Source of the DNA: Chitinophagales bacterium
GTDB taxonomy: Bacteria; Bacteroidota; Bacteroidia; Chitinophagales; BACL12
Assembly: GCA_020636645.1 (NCBI GenBank)
Contig: JACJXO010000010.1
Span: forward strand, 814 to 64,813
Length of the DNA: 64,000 bases
Direction: 5' to 3'
Part shown: positions 46,480-56,891 of the stretch, in pieces
How the letters are laid out: each line of letters opens with the position of its first letter
Position numbering within the stretch: the stretch's first letter is position 1
The notes under the pieces: model-generated
Databases searched by the model: none
Told to the model about the DNA's origin: nothing
Seen by the model: the letters and a program-made list of their open reading frames with translations, nothing else
Made by a program: the position numbers and the translations under genes

Positions 46480-47058
46480 TTACAGGTCCTCAAAGGCCTT
46501 ACACAACGCCTGGAATATGTCATCAATGCTACCTACTCCTTCAATTTCTCTGACCTTGTCATTGGCAGCATAATAAGACGCTACCGGTTCCGTCTTGGTG
46601 CGATATTCCTGCACGCGGTTGCGGATGGTAGCTTCGTCTGAATCGTCGCTGCGGCCACTGGTGAGTCCGCGGTTCAGAATACGTTTGGTCAGTTCTTCTT
46701 CATCTACTACGAGCGACAGCACGCCTGCAATGGAAGTGTCTTTGTCTTCCATCAGTCTGTCTAATGCTTCTGCCTGTGCCACTGTTCTGGGGAAACCGTC
46801 AAAAATGATTCCTTCTTTGCCTTCTTCGCGGGCCGTATCAAAGCTTCCGCCAATCATACCGATGACCACAGCATCGGGTACAAGCTCGCCTCTATCCATG
46901 TATTGTTTGGCTTCCGTGCCCAGTACTGAGCCTTTCCGGATCTCTTCACGAAGAAGATCGCCGGTAGAGATGTGCAGCAGGTTAAAATGATCTTTCAGCA
47001 TTGCGGCTTGGGTACCTTTTCCGCTACCCGGAGGACCAAAGAGAATGATGTTCTTCAT
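46480..47058 (-). CDS. adk: adenylate kinase
   Basis: P-loop [10 protein letters not shown], and GFPRT. Start moved to MKNIILFG. Confidence 0.93.
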   Translation of the reverse strand: MKNIILFGPPGSGKGTQAAMLKDHFNLLHISTGDLLREEIRKGSVLGTEAKQYMDRGELVPDAVVIGMIGGSFDTAREEGKEGIIFDGFPRTVAQAEALDRLMEDKDTSIAGVLSLVVDEEELTKRILNRGLTSGRSDDSDEATIRNRVQEYRTKTEPVASYYAANDKVREIEGVGSIDDIFQALCKAFEDL

Positions 47059-47135
47059 CGTCAGCTTCTTAGGAGTGCAAAGGTACGCAATCAGAAGCCT
47101 TAAAATATTTTTGCTTTTCAATCGTCTTTAGGGTT

Positions 47136-48083
47136 ATGCAAACCATCATAGGTGCAGGTGGTACCATCGGAAAACCGCTTGCCAGAGAGCTGAAGCAATA
47201 TACTCAGGCCATCAGACTGGTCAACCGGCATCCGCAGCATGTGAACGGCGATGATGAACTTTTTTCTGCCGATGTGACCGATCCTGATATGCTGGATAAA
47301 GCAATAGCCGGCAGTGAGGTGGTCTATTGTACCATAGGTTTCAAGTATGAGCTGAAGACCTGGCAGCAAACCTGGCCTTCTTTCATGAAACATCTCACAG
47401 CATCCTGTTTGAAACACGGCAGCAAACTGGTCTTCTTTGATAATGTGTACATGTATGCAGCTTCTTCCATTCCGGATATGAACGAAACCTCAGCTGTTGA
47501 TCCTCCCAGCAAAAAAGGTCAGGTAAGGGCGGAAGTAGTAAGTATTCTGGAAGAAGCCGGAAGAAAGGGGCTGACATGGATCATTGCCAGAAGTGCAGAT
47601 TTTTACGGCCCTGAGAACAGGCAGAGTGTGCTGGTGGAGACCGTGCTGAAAAATCAATTGAAGGGTAAAAAGGCCCAATGGCTGGGAAAGATTGACAAGG
47701 TGCATCAGTACACCTATACTCCTGACGCAGCGAAGGCAGTGGCCATGCTGGGTAATGCACCCGACACCTGGAATCAGGTCTGGCATCTGCCAACCGACCA
47801 GGTTTCGATGACCGCCAGAGAATGGGTCTCCTTATTTGCAGGATATACCGGAAGCAAAGACGGCATTCAGGTGGCTCCGCCCTGGATGGTCAGTGTCATG
47901 GGATGGTTCATGCCCATCATGAAAGAGATCCGGGAGATGATGTTTCAGAATATGCAGCACTACCGCTTTCATGATGAAAAGTTCATGCAACGTTTTCCTG
48001 ATTTTAGAGTTACGCCGGCTGCCGAAGGTGTAGAGGAAACGGTAAAGTGGTTCAGAAATCATCCTCTGGAAGTGGGTGGCTGA
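47136..48083 (+). CDS. NAD(P)-dependent epimerase/dehydratase-like (atypical SDR) protein
   Basis: IIGAGGTIG Rossmann start and extended-SDR length. Confidence 0.7.
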   Translation: MQTIIGAGGTIGKPLARELKQYTQAIRLVNRHPQHVNGDDELFSADVTDPDMLDKAIAGSEVVYCTIGFKYELKTWQQTWPSFMKHLTASCLKHGSKLVFFDNVYMYAASSIPDMNETSAVDPPSKKGQVRAEVVSILEEAGRKGLTWIIARSADFYGPENRQSVLVETVLKNQLKGKKAQWLGKIDKVHQYTYTPDAAKAVAMLGNAPDTWNQVWHLPTDQVSMTAREWVSLFAGYTGSKDGIQVAPPWMVSVMGWFMPIMKEIREMMFQNMQHYRFHDEKFMQRFPDFRVTPAAEGVEETVKWFRNHPLEVGG

Positions 48084-49172
48084 TCATCTGGCTGGCAGTA
48101 GATAGATATGATCATCTTCCTGTAATGGCAGAGCTTCTCTTCCATCTTTGTTGGAAGAGCAAAATACCAGGCTCCCGTCAGGTATCTGAATGATGTTACG
48201 CAATCTTTTGAAGGTACCGTCAAACAGCACCTGTTGCTCGTGTCCGTCAGTATCGAACACCAGTAGTTTCCTTCCCCGCAGGCAGGCGAACACCAGTTTT
48301 CCGCGAAGCGTTTCCGGTCCGTTTTCATTTACCCACACCAAACCACCGGGTGCCCAGGTATCTTCTCCGCTATGTGCCAGTGGCGCAATACAGCCTTTCC
48401 GTTCATCATCTCCAGTTACCATCGGCCAACCGTAATTACCGCCTGCAATTATTTTATTGAGTTCATCGTGACAACACCAGCCGTTCAGTTCGCCGGAAGG
48501 ACCGTGTTCTGTGGCATACAGTTGTCCTTGTTCACTCCATGCCAGTCCCTGCACATTGCGATGACCATAGCTGAACACGGCATTTCCAAAAGGATTACCA
48601 TCCGCCGGAGTACCATTTCTGTCTATGCGCAGGATCTTTCCTGCCAGGCTGTTCCTGTCTTGTGCTAGGTCCGGTTGACGGGCATCGCCGGTGCCAACAT
48701 AGAGAAAGCTGTCAGGGCCGAAGCGCAGGATGCCGCCATCGTGAAATTTTGCATGTGGAATGCCGCTCAGAATGATGCTGTCCTGCCGGAGTGTATGGCC
48801 TTGCAACTGCAACCTGACCACCTGGTTACCGGCAGCAACAGTTTCATAAATATAAATATATGAATTGGATAAAAAATCAGGATCAGCGGCCAGTCCGAGC
48901 AGCCCGCCTTCTGCCTGGTCATTTACCTGTCGTTCCATGAGAACTGTAACCATTCCTGATGTCCTGTTCAGGAGGCATATGGCACCGTCACGCTGGTTGA
49001 AGAGAAGGTTGCCATCTGGTAACAGATCCATGCCCCATGGAACATGCAGACCTGATGCCAGTACAGATAAGGTGTCTGCCGTTGATGGAATTACGTTCCG
49101 GGTGTTGGCAGCAGGCCGGCAGGCAAAACTGCCCCACGCCAGCAGCAGAAGTGTTGCATTGCGCAATAGCAT
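48084..49172 (-). CDS. PQQ-dependent soluble sugar dehydrogenase (YliI/sorbosone dehydrogenase family)
   Basis: GLLGLAADPDF, HDGGILRFGPDSFLYVGTGD, GHRNVQGLAW and NYGWP. Confidence 0.85.
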   Translation of the reverse strand: MLLRNATLLLLAWGSFACRPAANTRNVIPSTADTLSVLASGLHVPWGMDLLPDGNLLFNQRDGAICLLNRTSGMVTVLMERQVNDQAEGGLLGLAADPDFLSNSYIYIYETVAAGNQVVRLQLQGHTLRQDSIILSGIPHAKFHDGGILRFGPDSFLYVGTGDARQPDLAQDRNSLAGKILRIDRNGTPADGNPFGNAVFSYGHRNVQGLAWSEQGQLYATEHGPSGELNGWCCHDELNKIIAGGNYGWPMVTGDDERKGCIAPLAHSGEDTWAPGGLVWVNENGPETLRGKLVFACLRGRKLLVFDTDGHEQQVLFDGTFKRLRNIIQIPDGSLVFCSSNKDGREALPLQEDDHIYLLPAR

Positions 49173-49230
49173 ATTCCAAGGTACGTTTTTTCAGGCAGGG
49201 GTATTCCTGTTTGAACCGTATCTTTAGTCC

Positions 49231-49614
49231 ATGTACAAATACATATTAGGAGCATTTTTTACATTCATGGCGGTCATGTTTGTGCGTTGCGGAGAAGTGA
49301 CCGAGATAGATGAACTCGTCAAACAAACGGAGCGGGTGCAGATCGTTTACAATACCAACCTTGGTGCTTACCAGGACATCACAGACAAAAAAGAGATCAG
49401 GGCATTTTCAGATTACATACTGGATGAACCTACTCCTTTGTACAAGTGCGGATATGACGGTTACATGATCTTCTTTACCGAGCATGGCAGTGTACGGATG
49501 GATTTCAACTTGCAGGATGATTGCATACATGTGTTGTATCCGTACGGAGAGACATTGCAAACCAGGCTGATATCTAAAGAAGGTGTAGCATACCTGCGTT
49601 CACAAGCTCCCTGA
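49231..49614 (+). CDS. hypothetical exported/lipoprotein
   Basis: Hydrophobic N-terminus ending VRCG. No recognisable domain. Confidence 0.45.
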   Translation: MYKYILGAFFTFMAVMFVRCGEVTEIDELVKQTERVQIVYNTNLGAYQDITDKKEIRAFSDYILDEPTPLYKCGYDGYMIFFTEHGSVRMDFNLQDDCIHVLYPYGETLQTRLISKEGVAYLRSQAP

Positions 49615-49617
49615 TCC

Positions 49618-50367
49618 ATGGCCGGCAAAGCACAGTTTCCCAGAGTTCCTACTCTCTTGCTGATGAACCTGTTTCCGCTGGCTGGAGTCTTGTTCTTCAA
49701 CTGGAGTTTTTTTGCCATCATATATATCTACTGGTGGGAAACGGTCATTCTGAGTTTCTTTAATGTGCTTAAGATGGCCAAGGCAGCTAAGCGGGCAGAG
49801 GCAAGGCCAAACGTGACCATCAACGGGGCACCGGAAACAGAGTCTATACGCAACAATAAGCCCCTGATCATGGTAACCTACATGGGAACCCGGGCATTCA
49901 TCCTTTTCATTTACCTGGTTTTTATTCTCGTTTTTATTGGTATGTACCAGGGAAACCGTCCGGGACAACCCAGTATGGGCGAGATCATTTTGTTCATGGA
50001 TCCATTCATGAAAGCAGGTATTGTGGCTGTGCTTATTTATTATCTGACAGATTACCTGGTATGGCGGTTTACCGGCGACTGGCAGGAAACCACTGCAGCA
50101 TCACTGGCCATGCCTTTTGACGGGCGTTCCATTGTCATGCATGTGGTCATTGTGCTGGGGGCAGTTAGCACGGCCTTTCTGGGTGAAACCCTCTTTGGTT
50201 CTGAGCAGAAAGCAGCACCAATTTTATTTGCCAGTTTTTTTGTGATCATGAAGACTGCTGTGGATCTCTGGGCAGAATCAGGTAAGAAAGACAGAGAAAC
50301 CGTAGTATTGGAGACCCTCGGAAAGAAACGCGGGAACGATGATGCCCGCCCTACCACACAGGGTTAA
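49618..50367 (+). CDS. hypothetical polytopic membrane protein
   Basis: Several TM segments (LLMNLFPLAGVLFFNWSFFAIIYIYWWETVILSFF). Confidence 0.55.
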   Translation: MAGKAQFPRVPTLLLMNLFPLAGVLFFNWSFFAIIYIYWWETVILSFFNVLKMAKAAKRAEARPNVTINGAPETESIRNNKPLIMVTYMGTRAFILFIYLVFILVFIGMYQGNRPGQPSMGEIILFMDPFMKAGIVAVLIYYLTDYLVWRFTGDWQETTAASLAMPFDGRSIVMHVVIVLGAVSTAFLGETLFGSEQKAAPILFASFFVIMKTAVDLWAESGKKDRETVVLETLGKKRGNDDARPTTQG

Positions 50368-50885
50368 TCCTGTAATAGTTCGAAGATCTGAGGAAGGTTG
50401 CGATAGCGACCGTCCAGATCCAGTCCGTACCCTACAACGAACAGGTCTTCCACATCCAGTCCATACAGATCTGCATCTGCTTCATGTGGCACAAGCTTGT
50501 TGAGCAGCGCTGCTGAAGTAACTGATGCAGCACCGCACCCGGCAGTTTCTTTTTTAAGCCATGCCATGGTAGTACCGCTGTCAACAATATCTTCCAGTAT
50601 GACCACATGTCTGTTGGTCAGATCCGGTATTCTGCTGCTGTCTGCATCAAGCACAAAACGTGTAGTGCCACTGTAGCTTTTCACGTCAATAAATGCCAGG
50701 GTGCAGGGGTGTATGAATTGTTTGAGCAGGTCTGTGGCGAACATGTATGCACCGTTCATGACCACAAGGAACAGCGGATCCTTTTCTGCAAATCTTTGGT
50801 TAAGCTGATCGGCCAGCATGCCAACGGCTGCTTCGATCTGATCCTTGCTGAACAGCAGCCGGAGCCTGTGAGGTTGCATGCCCAA
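50364..50885 (-). CDS. hpt: hypoxanthine phosphoribosyltransferase
   Basis: PRPP-binding motif VVILEDIVDSGTT, and the typical ~175-aa length. Confidence 0.88.
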   Translation of the reverse strand: MGMQPHRLRLLFSKDQIEAAVGMLADQLNQRFAEKDPLFLVVMNGAYMFATDLLKQFIHPCTLAFIDVKSYSGTTRFVLDADSSRIPDLTNRHVVILEDIVDSGTTMAWLKKETAGCGAASVTSAALLNKLVPHEADADLYGLDVEDLFVVGYGLDLDGRYRNLPQIFELLQD

Positions 50886-50894
50886 AGATAGGCC

Positions 50895-52259
50895 TTACTC
50901 CCTGTAACCTATGATAAGCTGCTGGCCTGCTTTAATGGTGTTATCACCCAGCTGATTCCAGGACTTCAGGTTATCTACCGTTGTATTGAACACACGTGCC
51001 AGTCCGTATAGAGTTTCCTGTGGTTCCACATAATGATAGAGCGGAACCGGCAGTTCTTCAGCAACAAGGAATGGTTTAACGCTCATGACATCAGGAATGA
51101 CCGGATCGGTATCCAGTCTGGCGCCAGGCGATTCACTTTTTCTGGGTGCACCGGACTCTTCAAATTCCATCAGGATCTCATTTTTCTTTCGCTGTTCTTC
51201 TTCCTGCTGTTCCAGTGCTTTTTTATCGTCTGCTTCTTTCTGACGGCGCATTTCTTCCCGCTTTTCCTTATCGTTCAGTTCTTTCACTTTGTCCAGTAAC
51301 ATAGGGGCGGTCTCCCTTTCCTTGCGCAGATAGATGAGCTGACCGGCAGCAGGTTCCTGACCCGGAGTGAGCAGGTTGTATTTATACAGGCGATCCAGTC
51401 TGACACCTTCATCACGGCTGATGGTCCACATGGTCTCTCCTGATTCTACCTTATGGTATTTGGTGAGGCCTTTTTTGCGTTTGGGTTGCAGGTAAACGTA
51501 CGTACCCGGTTCCAGTTTTTCTGTTCCGGTCATGTTGTTGTATTCCAACAGACGTTTCATGCGGATGTTATGTCTTTCAGACAGGAGCTCAAGTGTTTCA
51601 CCGGGGTTGACCACTACCGTTGGAATGCGGTTGTAGTAGAAAACAGCGGTAGTTTGATTGGTGGCATCTTTTTTATCTGCATCACTCTTCTTCTCTTCCT
51701 TGCTCTTGTCAACTTTCTTATGCTCTTCCATGGCCAGCAGCTGGTCTGGGCTGAGCTCGTCATATTCATATAGTTTATAGTCTTCTATCAGGGCAATGAG
51801 CCTGTCAGCATACTGCGGATTGGTGGCATACCCGGCTGCCTTCAGCCCTTTGGCCCAGCCTTTGTAATCATTGGGATCCAGTTCGAACAAACCTGCATAA
51901 CGCTGCCGGGTAAGCAGGAACATGGAATGGTCACGATAGGACTCTTCCGGATTGGAATATTTTCTGAAACATTCTCCTTTGGCATCATCATCATGATAGA
52001 CTCTTTCACCATCCCACCCATCATGGCATTTGATGCCGAAGTGATTATTGGATTCAGAGGCAAGCTGACTGCGTCCGGCTCCTGATTCCAGTATGCCCTG
52101 CGCCAGGGTAATGCTGGCAGGTATGCCATGGTTGATCATTTCTTCTACCGCGATATACCGGTAGCGTTCAATGTAGGCCAGTACCGCCTCATTCGGATCG
52201 CCGGGAAACAGTGAGAACTGCCCCGTCAGCAGGGTAAATGCCAACAGTGTATTCTTCAT
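50895..52259 (-). CDS. GH73 N-acetylglucosaminidase with two LysM domains
   Basis: ITLAQGILESGAGRSQLASESNNHFGIK (GH73). LysM-like YHKVESGETMWTISR... and YHYVEPQETLYGLAR.... Start moved to MKNTLLAF. Confidence 0.85.
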   Translation of the reverse strand: MKNTLLAFTLLTGQFSLFPGDPNEAVLAYIERYRYIAVEEMINHGIPASITLAQGILESGAGRSQLASESNNHFGIKCHDGWDGERVYHDDDAKGECFRKYSNPEESYRDHSMFLLTRQRYAGLFELDPNDYKGWAKGLKAAGYATNPQYADRLIALIEDYKLYEYDELSPDQLLAMEEHKKVDKSKEEKKSDADKKDATNQTTAVFYYNRIPTVVVNPGETLELLSERHNIRMKRLLEYNNMTGTEKLEPGTYVYLQPKRKKGLTKYHKVESGETMWTISRDEGVRLDRLYKYNLLTPGQEPAAGQLIYLRKERETAPMLLDKVKELNDKEKREEMRRQKEADDKKALEQQEEEQRKKNEILMEFEESGAPRKSESPGARLDTDPVIPDVMSVKPFLVAEELPVPLYHYVEPQETLYGLARVFNTTVDNLKSWNQLGDNTIKAGQQLIIGYRE

Positions 52260-52342
52260 AGTATTGCAGGCATAGAAGCCCATTCAAAACTACTTGTAGA
52301 AACGCCTGGGGCATTTGGCTATTATCCATAAAAAAATGTGCT

Positions 52343-52984
52343 TTATCCATTTTTCCGAACAATCATGATGCCATCACGAACAGAAAGCAGCACATTTTCT
52401 ACCCGTTCATCGGCCTGCACGAGTTCATTGAATGCTCTGATGGCCGTAGTGTCCTTGTCTGTGGCTTCTTCCACCACTTTTCCGCTCCATAGTACATTAT
52501 CTGCCAGGATCCATCCGCCCGCAGGCACCTTATCTATGACCAGTTCATAGTATCTGGAATAGTTGCGTTTGTCTGCATCAATGAAAACGAGGTCAAATGG
52601 TCCGGAAAGTTCCGGGATGATCCGGGTGGCATCTCCGGTCCGGATATCGAATTTTTCTGTGAGTCCTGCTGCATCCACATAGCGACGCACCATGGAGCTG
52701 AGTTCTTCGTTGATGTCTATGGTGGTGATCGTCCCTCCTTCCACCAGTCCTTTCGCCATACAGATGCCGCTGTAACCCGTGTAGGTGCCGATCTCCAGGA
52801 TGCGTTTCGGCCTGATCATCGTGCTGATGAATTCCAGGAATTTTCCCTGCACTGCTCCGCTCAGCATGCGTGGCTGGAGTACTTTCAGGTGGGTTTCGCG
52901 GTCCAGCTGCTGCAGGTGTTCGTCCGGTTTGCTGCTGTGCTGTTCTATATATGCATCGAGTGATGGGGGCAGGATATAGGTCAT
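52343..52984 (-). CDS. class I SAM-dependent O-methyltransferase (caffeoyl-CoA OMT-like)
   Basis: ILEIGTYTGYS, DLVFIDADK and ADNVLW motifs. Confidence 0.85.
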   Translation of the reverse strand: MTYILPPSLDAYIEQHSSKPDEHLQQLDRETHLKVLQPRMLSGAVQGKFLEFISTMIRPKRILEIGTYTGYSGICMAKGLVEGGTITTIDINEELSSMVRRYVDAAGLTEKFDIRTGDATRIIPELSGPFDLVFIDADKRNYSRYYELVIDKVPAGGWILADNVLWSGKVVEEATDKDTTAIRAFNELVQADERVENVLLSVRDGIMIVRKNG

Positions 52985-53048
52985 GATCTGACAATACTAT
53001 AACATAAAGCAGATAAACTATGCATACTTTTATTCTTAAACAGATCAT

Positions 53049-54605
53049 ATGCGTTTCGTTTTACTTTTAACCATTTCTTTGCTGTCATTCACGGTATCAG
53101 CACAACTGAACATTACATGGGTGTCATCATTGCCTTATTCTCAGCTCAGCAGCTTATGGGGATACACTGCTCCTGACAATACGGAGTATGCATTGGTAGG
53201 GGCATACAACGGCCTTTCTATTGTGAGTCTGGCTGACCCTGCTGCCCCTGAAGAACTATTCTTTGTAGAAGGTGCAGAAAGTGCCTGGCGAGAAGTCAAA
53301 ACATTCGGCCATTATGCCTATGTGACCAATGAGACCGGTGGCGGCCTGCTGATCGTAGATCTGCAGGATCTGCCCGGCGCCATTGATACGGTCTCATATG
53401 CAGGTACAGCAGATCATCCCTTTACTACGGCTCATACACTTTTTGTTGATGAGAACGGCATACTTTATCTGTTCGGATACAATGTGGTCTTTGGACTCAC
53501 AGGAGCCTATATGCTGGACCTGAACACTGATCCAATGAACCCGGACTTTGTGGCTGTGTATGAAGACCACTATATACATGATGCGTTTGTTCGCAATGAT
53601 ACCATGTGGGCCGCTGAGATCTATGACGGTCGGTTCGAGGTATTGGATATCAGTGATAAAACATCTTTCCTGTCGCTGGGATATGCTGAGACCTATGGAG
53701 TGGCCACGCACAATTGTGAGCCGGATGCCAGTGGCAATATCCTTTTCACTACTGATGAGATATTCAACGGATATATCACTTCTTTTGATATCAGTGATCT
53801 GACTGACATCCAGGAACTGGACCGGTATAAGCATGGTGATACGGCTCTGGCCATACCACACAATGTACGGGTACTGGGTGATTTTCTGGTAGCTTCTCAT
53901 TACAGTGAGGGGGTTGTCATTCTCGATGCTTCCCGCCCCGGCCTGCTGGTAGAAACCGGTCACTATGATACCAATCCTGCTGGTCCTGATGCATTCTTTG
54001 AAGGTGCCTGGGAGGTTTACCCTTATTTGCCATCCGGTTTGCTGATCGTTTCTGATATTCAGGAGGGGTTGCAGGTTCTGCAACCGGAGTATGTTTATGC
54101 TGCCTTTCTGGAAGGTGTTGTGACCGATGAAGTTACCGGGGCATCCATCCCATTGGCTACAATTGAATTGACCGGTACCACTGCAACGGCACAGGCTGAC
54201 CTGTTGGGTCAGTTTGAATTGGGCTATCATTCTGCCGGCATCTATGATGTGAGTGTTTCTGCTCCCGGATGCAGCACCAGGGTCTTTGCTGATGTAGAAC
54301 TGGAAAACGGTGTCACTGCTATACTGGATGCTGCTCTGGACTGCGGTACAGTTGCACTGCCAGCGGTACCCGATTGTAGCGGATGGCTGGCCGGGACTGA
54401 CCACAGCACCGGATCAGTATGGATCCAGAACTACTGTACAGAGAGTAATACCACCTGCACCATGACCGACCTGAATGGCAGAATGATCTGGTCTGGAAGC
54501 GTATCAGGTACAGATCGTTATCAGATTCCTGTTACCACACCACCCGGCATTTACTTTCTTGCTGATCAGTTGGGCCAGACACGTTCCGTTACGGTCATGC
54601 ATTAA
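53049..54605 (+). CDS. LVIVD-repeat (choice-of-anchor-B-like) secreted protein with carboxypeptidase-regulatory-like domain and probable T9SS tail
   Basis: Signal peptide. GGLLIVDLQD, GVVILDAS and GLLIVSDIQEGL repeats. LEGVVTDEVTGASIP beta-sandwich. Tail PPGIYFLADQLGQTRSVTVMH. Confidence 0.75.
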   Translation: MRFVLLLTISLLSFTVSAQLNITWVSSLPYSQLSSLWGYTAPDNTEYALVGAYNGLSIVSLADPAAPEELFFVEGAESAWREVKTFGHYAYVTNETGGGLLIVDLQDLPGAIDTVSYAGTADHPFTTAHTLFVDENGILYLFGYNVVFGLTGAYMLDLNTDPMNPDFVAVYEDHYIHDAFVRNDTMWAAEIYDGRFEVLDISDKTSFLSLGYAETYGVATHNCEPDASGNILFTTDEIFNGYITSFDISDLTDIQELDRYKHGDTALAIPHNVRVLGDFLVASHYSEGVVILDASRPGLLVETGHYDTNPAGPDAFFEGAWEVYPYLPSGLLIVSDIQEGLQVLQPEYVYAAFLEGVVTDEVTGASIPLATIELTGTTATAQADLLGQFELGYHSAGIYDVSVSAPGCSTRVFADVELENGVTAILDAALDCGTVALPAVPDCSGWLAGTDHSTGSVWIQNYCTESNTTCTMTDLNGRMIWSGSVSGTDRYQIPVTTPPGIYFLADQLGQTRSVTVMH

Positions 54606-54665
54606 GATTGCATAAAAGTTGCTGCCTGCATCTGTATTCGGGGCAATTTCTCTTTTCTTTGCACT

Positions 54666-55658
54666 ATGAAAATGAGATGGCTTCTTCTGCTTTGCCTCTA
54701 CGCCGGAATGGTTCAGGCGCAGCTGCTGCCATCTTATGGAGATTCACGCACCGCTACCACCGGCTGGCAGTTTCTGAAAGTGGTGCCCGATGCCCGATCT
54801 GCAGGAATGGGTGAGGCCTTCCTCGCTGTGGCAGATGATATGGGATCCGTGTACTGGAATGCAGCAGGTCTGAGTAAGCTGGATACCAGTCGCTGGCACA
54901 CCATGCTGGCACATACTGCATATCCTGCTTCCATCAATCAGTATTACGGAGCACTGGCCTGGCGACTGAACTCCAACACATTATTTGCAGGAAGCCTGCA
55001 GTATTTTGACGCCGGTTCCATGCCGGTCACCACAGAATTTCAGCCCGCCGGAAACGGCATGACCTTTCACCCGGTCAATATGGCTCTGGGCGCCAGCTGG
55101 TCGCAGGTACTGACCGATGCATTCAGTTTCGGTGTGACCCTGAAATATGTAAGGGAAGATATTGCTGACGTGCACAACCAGAACATGCTGTTCGATCTGG
55201 GCTTCCGGTATGATATCGGTATTGCCCGGACCCGTTTTGCCGTGGCACTCACCAACTTCGGGTTCAATACAACGCCCGATGGTTCCATACCTGTACTGTC
55301 CATTACCGATACCACCGTCATCGTGCAGGCCGAAGATGTTGGGGTTCCCACCATTTTTCGTCTTGGATTTGCCTGGGATGCACTGGCTTCAGAGACCCAT
55401 CAACTCACCGCTGCAGCCCAGCTCAACCATCCCACAGATAACAATGAGACCTATTCTATCGGACTGGAATACGGCTGGAAGAAACTGCTTTTTGTGCGAA
55501 GCGGGTATCAGTTCGCCACTGACCTCGCAGCCTGGCCCTCGTTCGGATTCGGTGTCAGGGTGCCGCGTTATTTTGGTACGGTACAACTGGATTACGGATT
55601 TCAATATATGAACAGGCTGGGAACGGTCAACCGCATCGGTCTGCAATTATCTCTATGA
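54666..55658 (+). CDS. PorV/PorQ family outer-membrane beta-barrel
   Basis: Signal peptide. FLKVVPDARSAGMGEAFLAVADDMGSVYWNAAGLS signature. Alternating beta-strand pattern to the C-terminus. Confidence 0.75.
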   Translation: MKMRWLLLLCLYAGMVQAQLLPSYGDSRTATTGWQFLKVVPDARSAGMGEAFLAVADDMGSVYWNAAGLSKLDTSRWHTMLAHTAYPASINQYYGALAWRLNSNTLFAGSLQYFDAGSMPVTTEFQPAGNGMTFHPVNMALGASWSQVLTDAFSFGVTLKYVREDIADVHNQNMLFDLGFRYDIGIARTRFAVALTNFGFNTTPDGSIPVLSITDTTVIVQAEDVGVPTIFRLGFAWDALASETHQLTAAAQLNHPTDNNETYSIGLEYGWKKLLFVRSGYQFATDLAAWPSFGFGVRVPRYFGTVQLDYGFQYMNRLGTVNRIGLQLSL

Positions 55659-56869
55659 AGAAACTGGCTTACATCCTCATCTGTTTTCCGCTGCTGAGCA
55701 GTTGCGATTTTTTGTTTGGTACAACAAAAGATGATGTAGCCGCAGAGATCTTTGAAGAAGGCGCCATCGATCCGGAACTCATTCCTTCAGAAGTGGGCTA
55801 TGTTCCAGTGCTGCCATTCTGGACAGGCTTTGATCATCCGGTAGATATATACTGCGGTTATGATGAGATGATCTATGTGATAGATGACAACGGGCTGAAC
55901 GTGCTGGATCAGGCGGGAAATCTGCATGACATCATTTACATTCAGGGTGCCTCAGATGTATGTCAGGACCGTAGGCTGCATACCTATGTGACCGGGCGGG
56001 TGGATGTGGATGTGGATGACGACGGAATGCCCGAAAACCTGGCTGCGGTATATCACCTGACGGGTACGGCTACCGGAAATGTACAGTTCATTGATACCCT
56101 TATTCATCCGTTCTGCGATGAAAGCCGCAACATCACTTCTTTCCGTGGTACAGATGATATCGCAGTTGAATTCACCGGTGTGACCACTCTGGCCGATAAT
56201 ACCCTGCACGTGTCACGCACCGGTCCACGCAATGACCTGACAGGTATCGCTAGAGTGGATAATACTATTCTGTTCTTTGATGAGGATGGCAACAACACCG
56301 GCTATTCCAACGGACTGAGTCCGGTATCATCCAACCTCCGATCATCCTGGAATATCTCTTCTATCGCCGGATTTGCTGCTCCACCCCAATCGCTCGCAGG
56401 AATCAGCACCTCGGCTGATTTTCTTATCACCCTGGAGGCGGAAGATGCAGCGTACAAAGTGTTGTGGATCCAGCAGAATGTGGATCCGGAAGCGGGAGTC
56501 ACCTATGGAGAGAATGCAGCACTGGCAGCATTTGACCTGACCAAAGCCGATCGTTTCCTCTACGAACCCGGCAGATTTGAAGCTCCTGCAGATGTGTATG
56601 TGGCACCTGATTTTACCGGTTACATATTTGTGGTGGACAGTGAGCTGGACTCTCTGTATCAGTTCACCCGCAGGGGCTATGAAGGTGTGAACCCACCACC
56701 GGGAAGCACCACAACAAAACAGATCATCGCCAGCTTTGGCGGTGCCGGCGATGGCCCCTTCAACTTCAACGAACCCAGTGGTGTGGCTTATCTGCGCAGG
56801 GTGGTCTATGTGGCAGATAAGGGCAACGGGCGCATTTGCCGTTATACGCTGAGTACCGACCTCGAATGA
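55655..56869 (+). CDS. lipoprotein with NHL-like beta-propeller repeats
   Basis: Lipobox LLSSC. C-terminal FNEPSGVAYLRRVVYVADKGNGRICRY. 4-nt overlap with the porV-like gene. Confidence 0.6.
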   Translation: MKKLAYILICFPLLSSCDFLFGTTKDDVAAEIFEEGAIDPELIPSEVGYVPVLPFWTGFDHPVDIYCGYDEMIYVIDDNGLNVLDQAGNLHDIIYIQGASDVCQDRRLHTYVTGRVDVDVDDDGMPENLAAVYHLTGTATGNVQFIDTLIHPFCDESRNITSFRGTDDIAVEFTGVTTLADNTLHVSRTGPRNDLTGIARVDNTILFFDEDGNNTGYSNGLSPVSSNLRSSWNISSIAGFAAPPQSLAGISTSADFLITLEAEDAAYKVLWIQQNVDPEAGVTYGENAALAAFDLTKADRFLYEPGRFEAPADVYVAPDFTGYIFVVDSELDSLYQFTRRGYEGVNPPPGSTTTKQIIASFGGAGDGPFNFNEPSGVAYLRRVVYVADKGNGRICRYTLSTDLE

Positions 56870-56891
56870 TCTTTCTCCTACCTTTGTGCGT

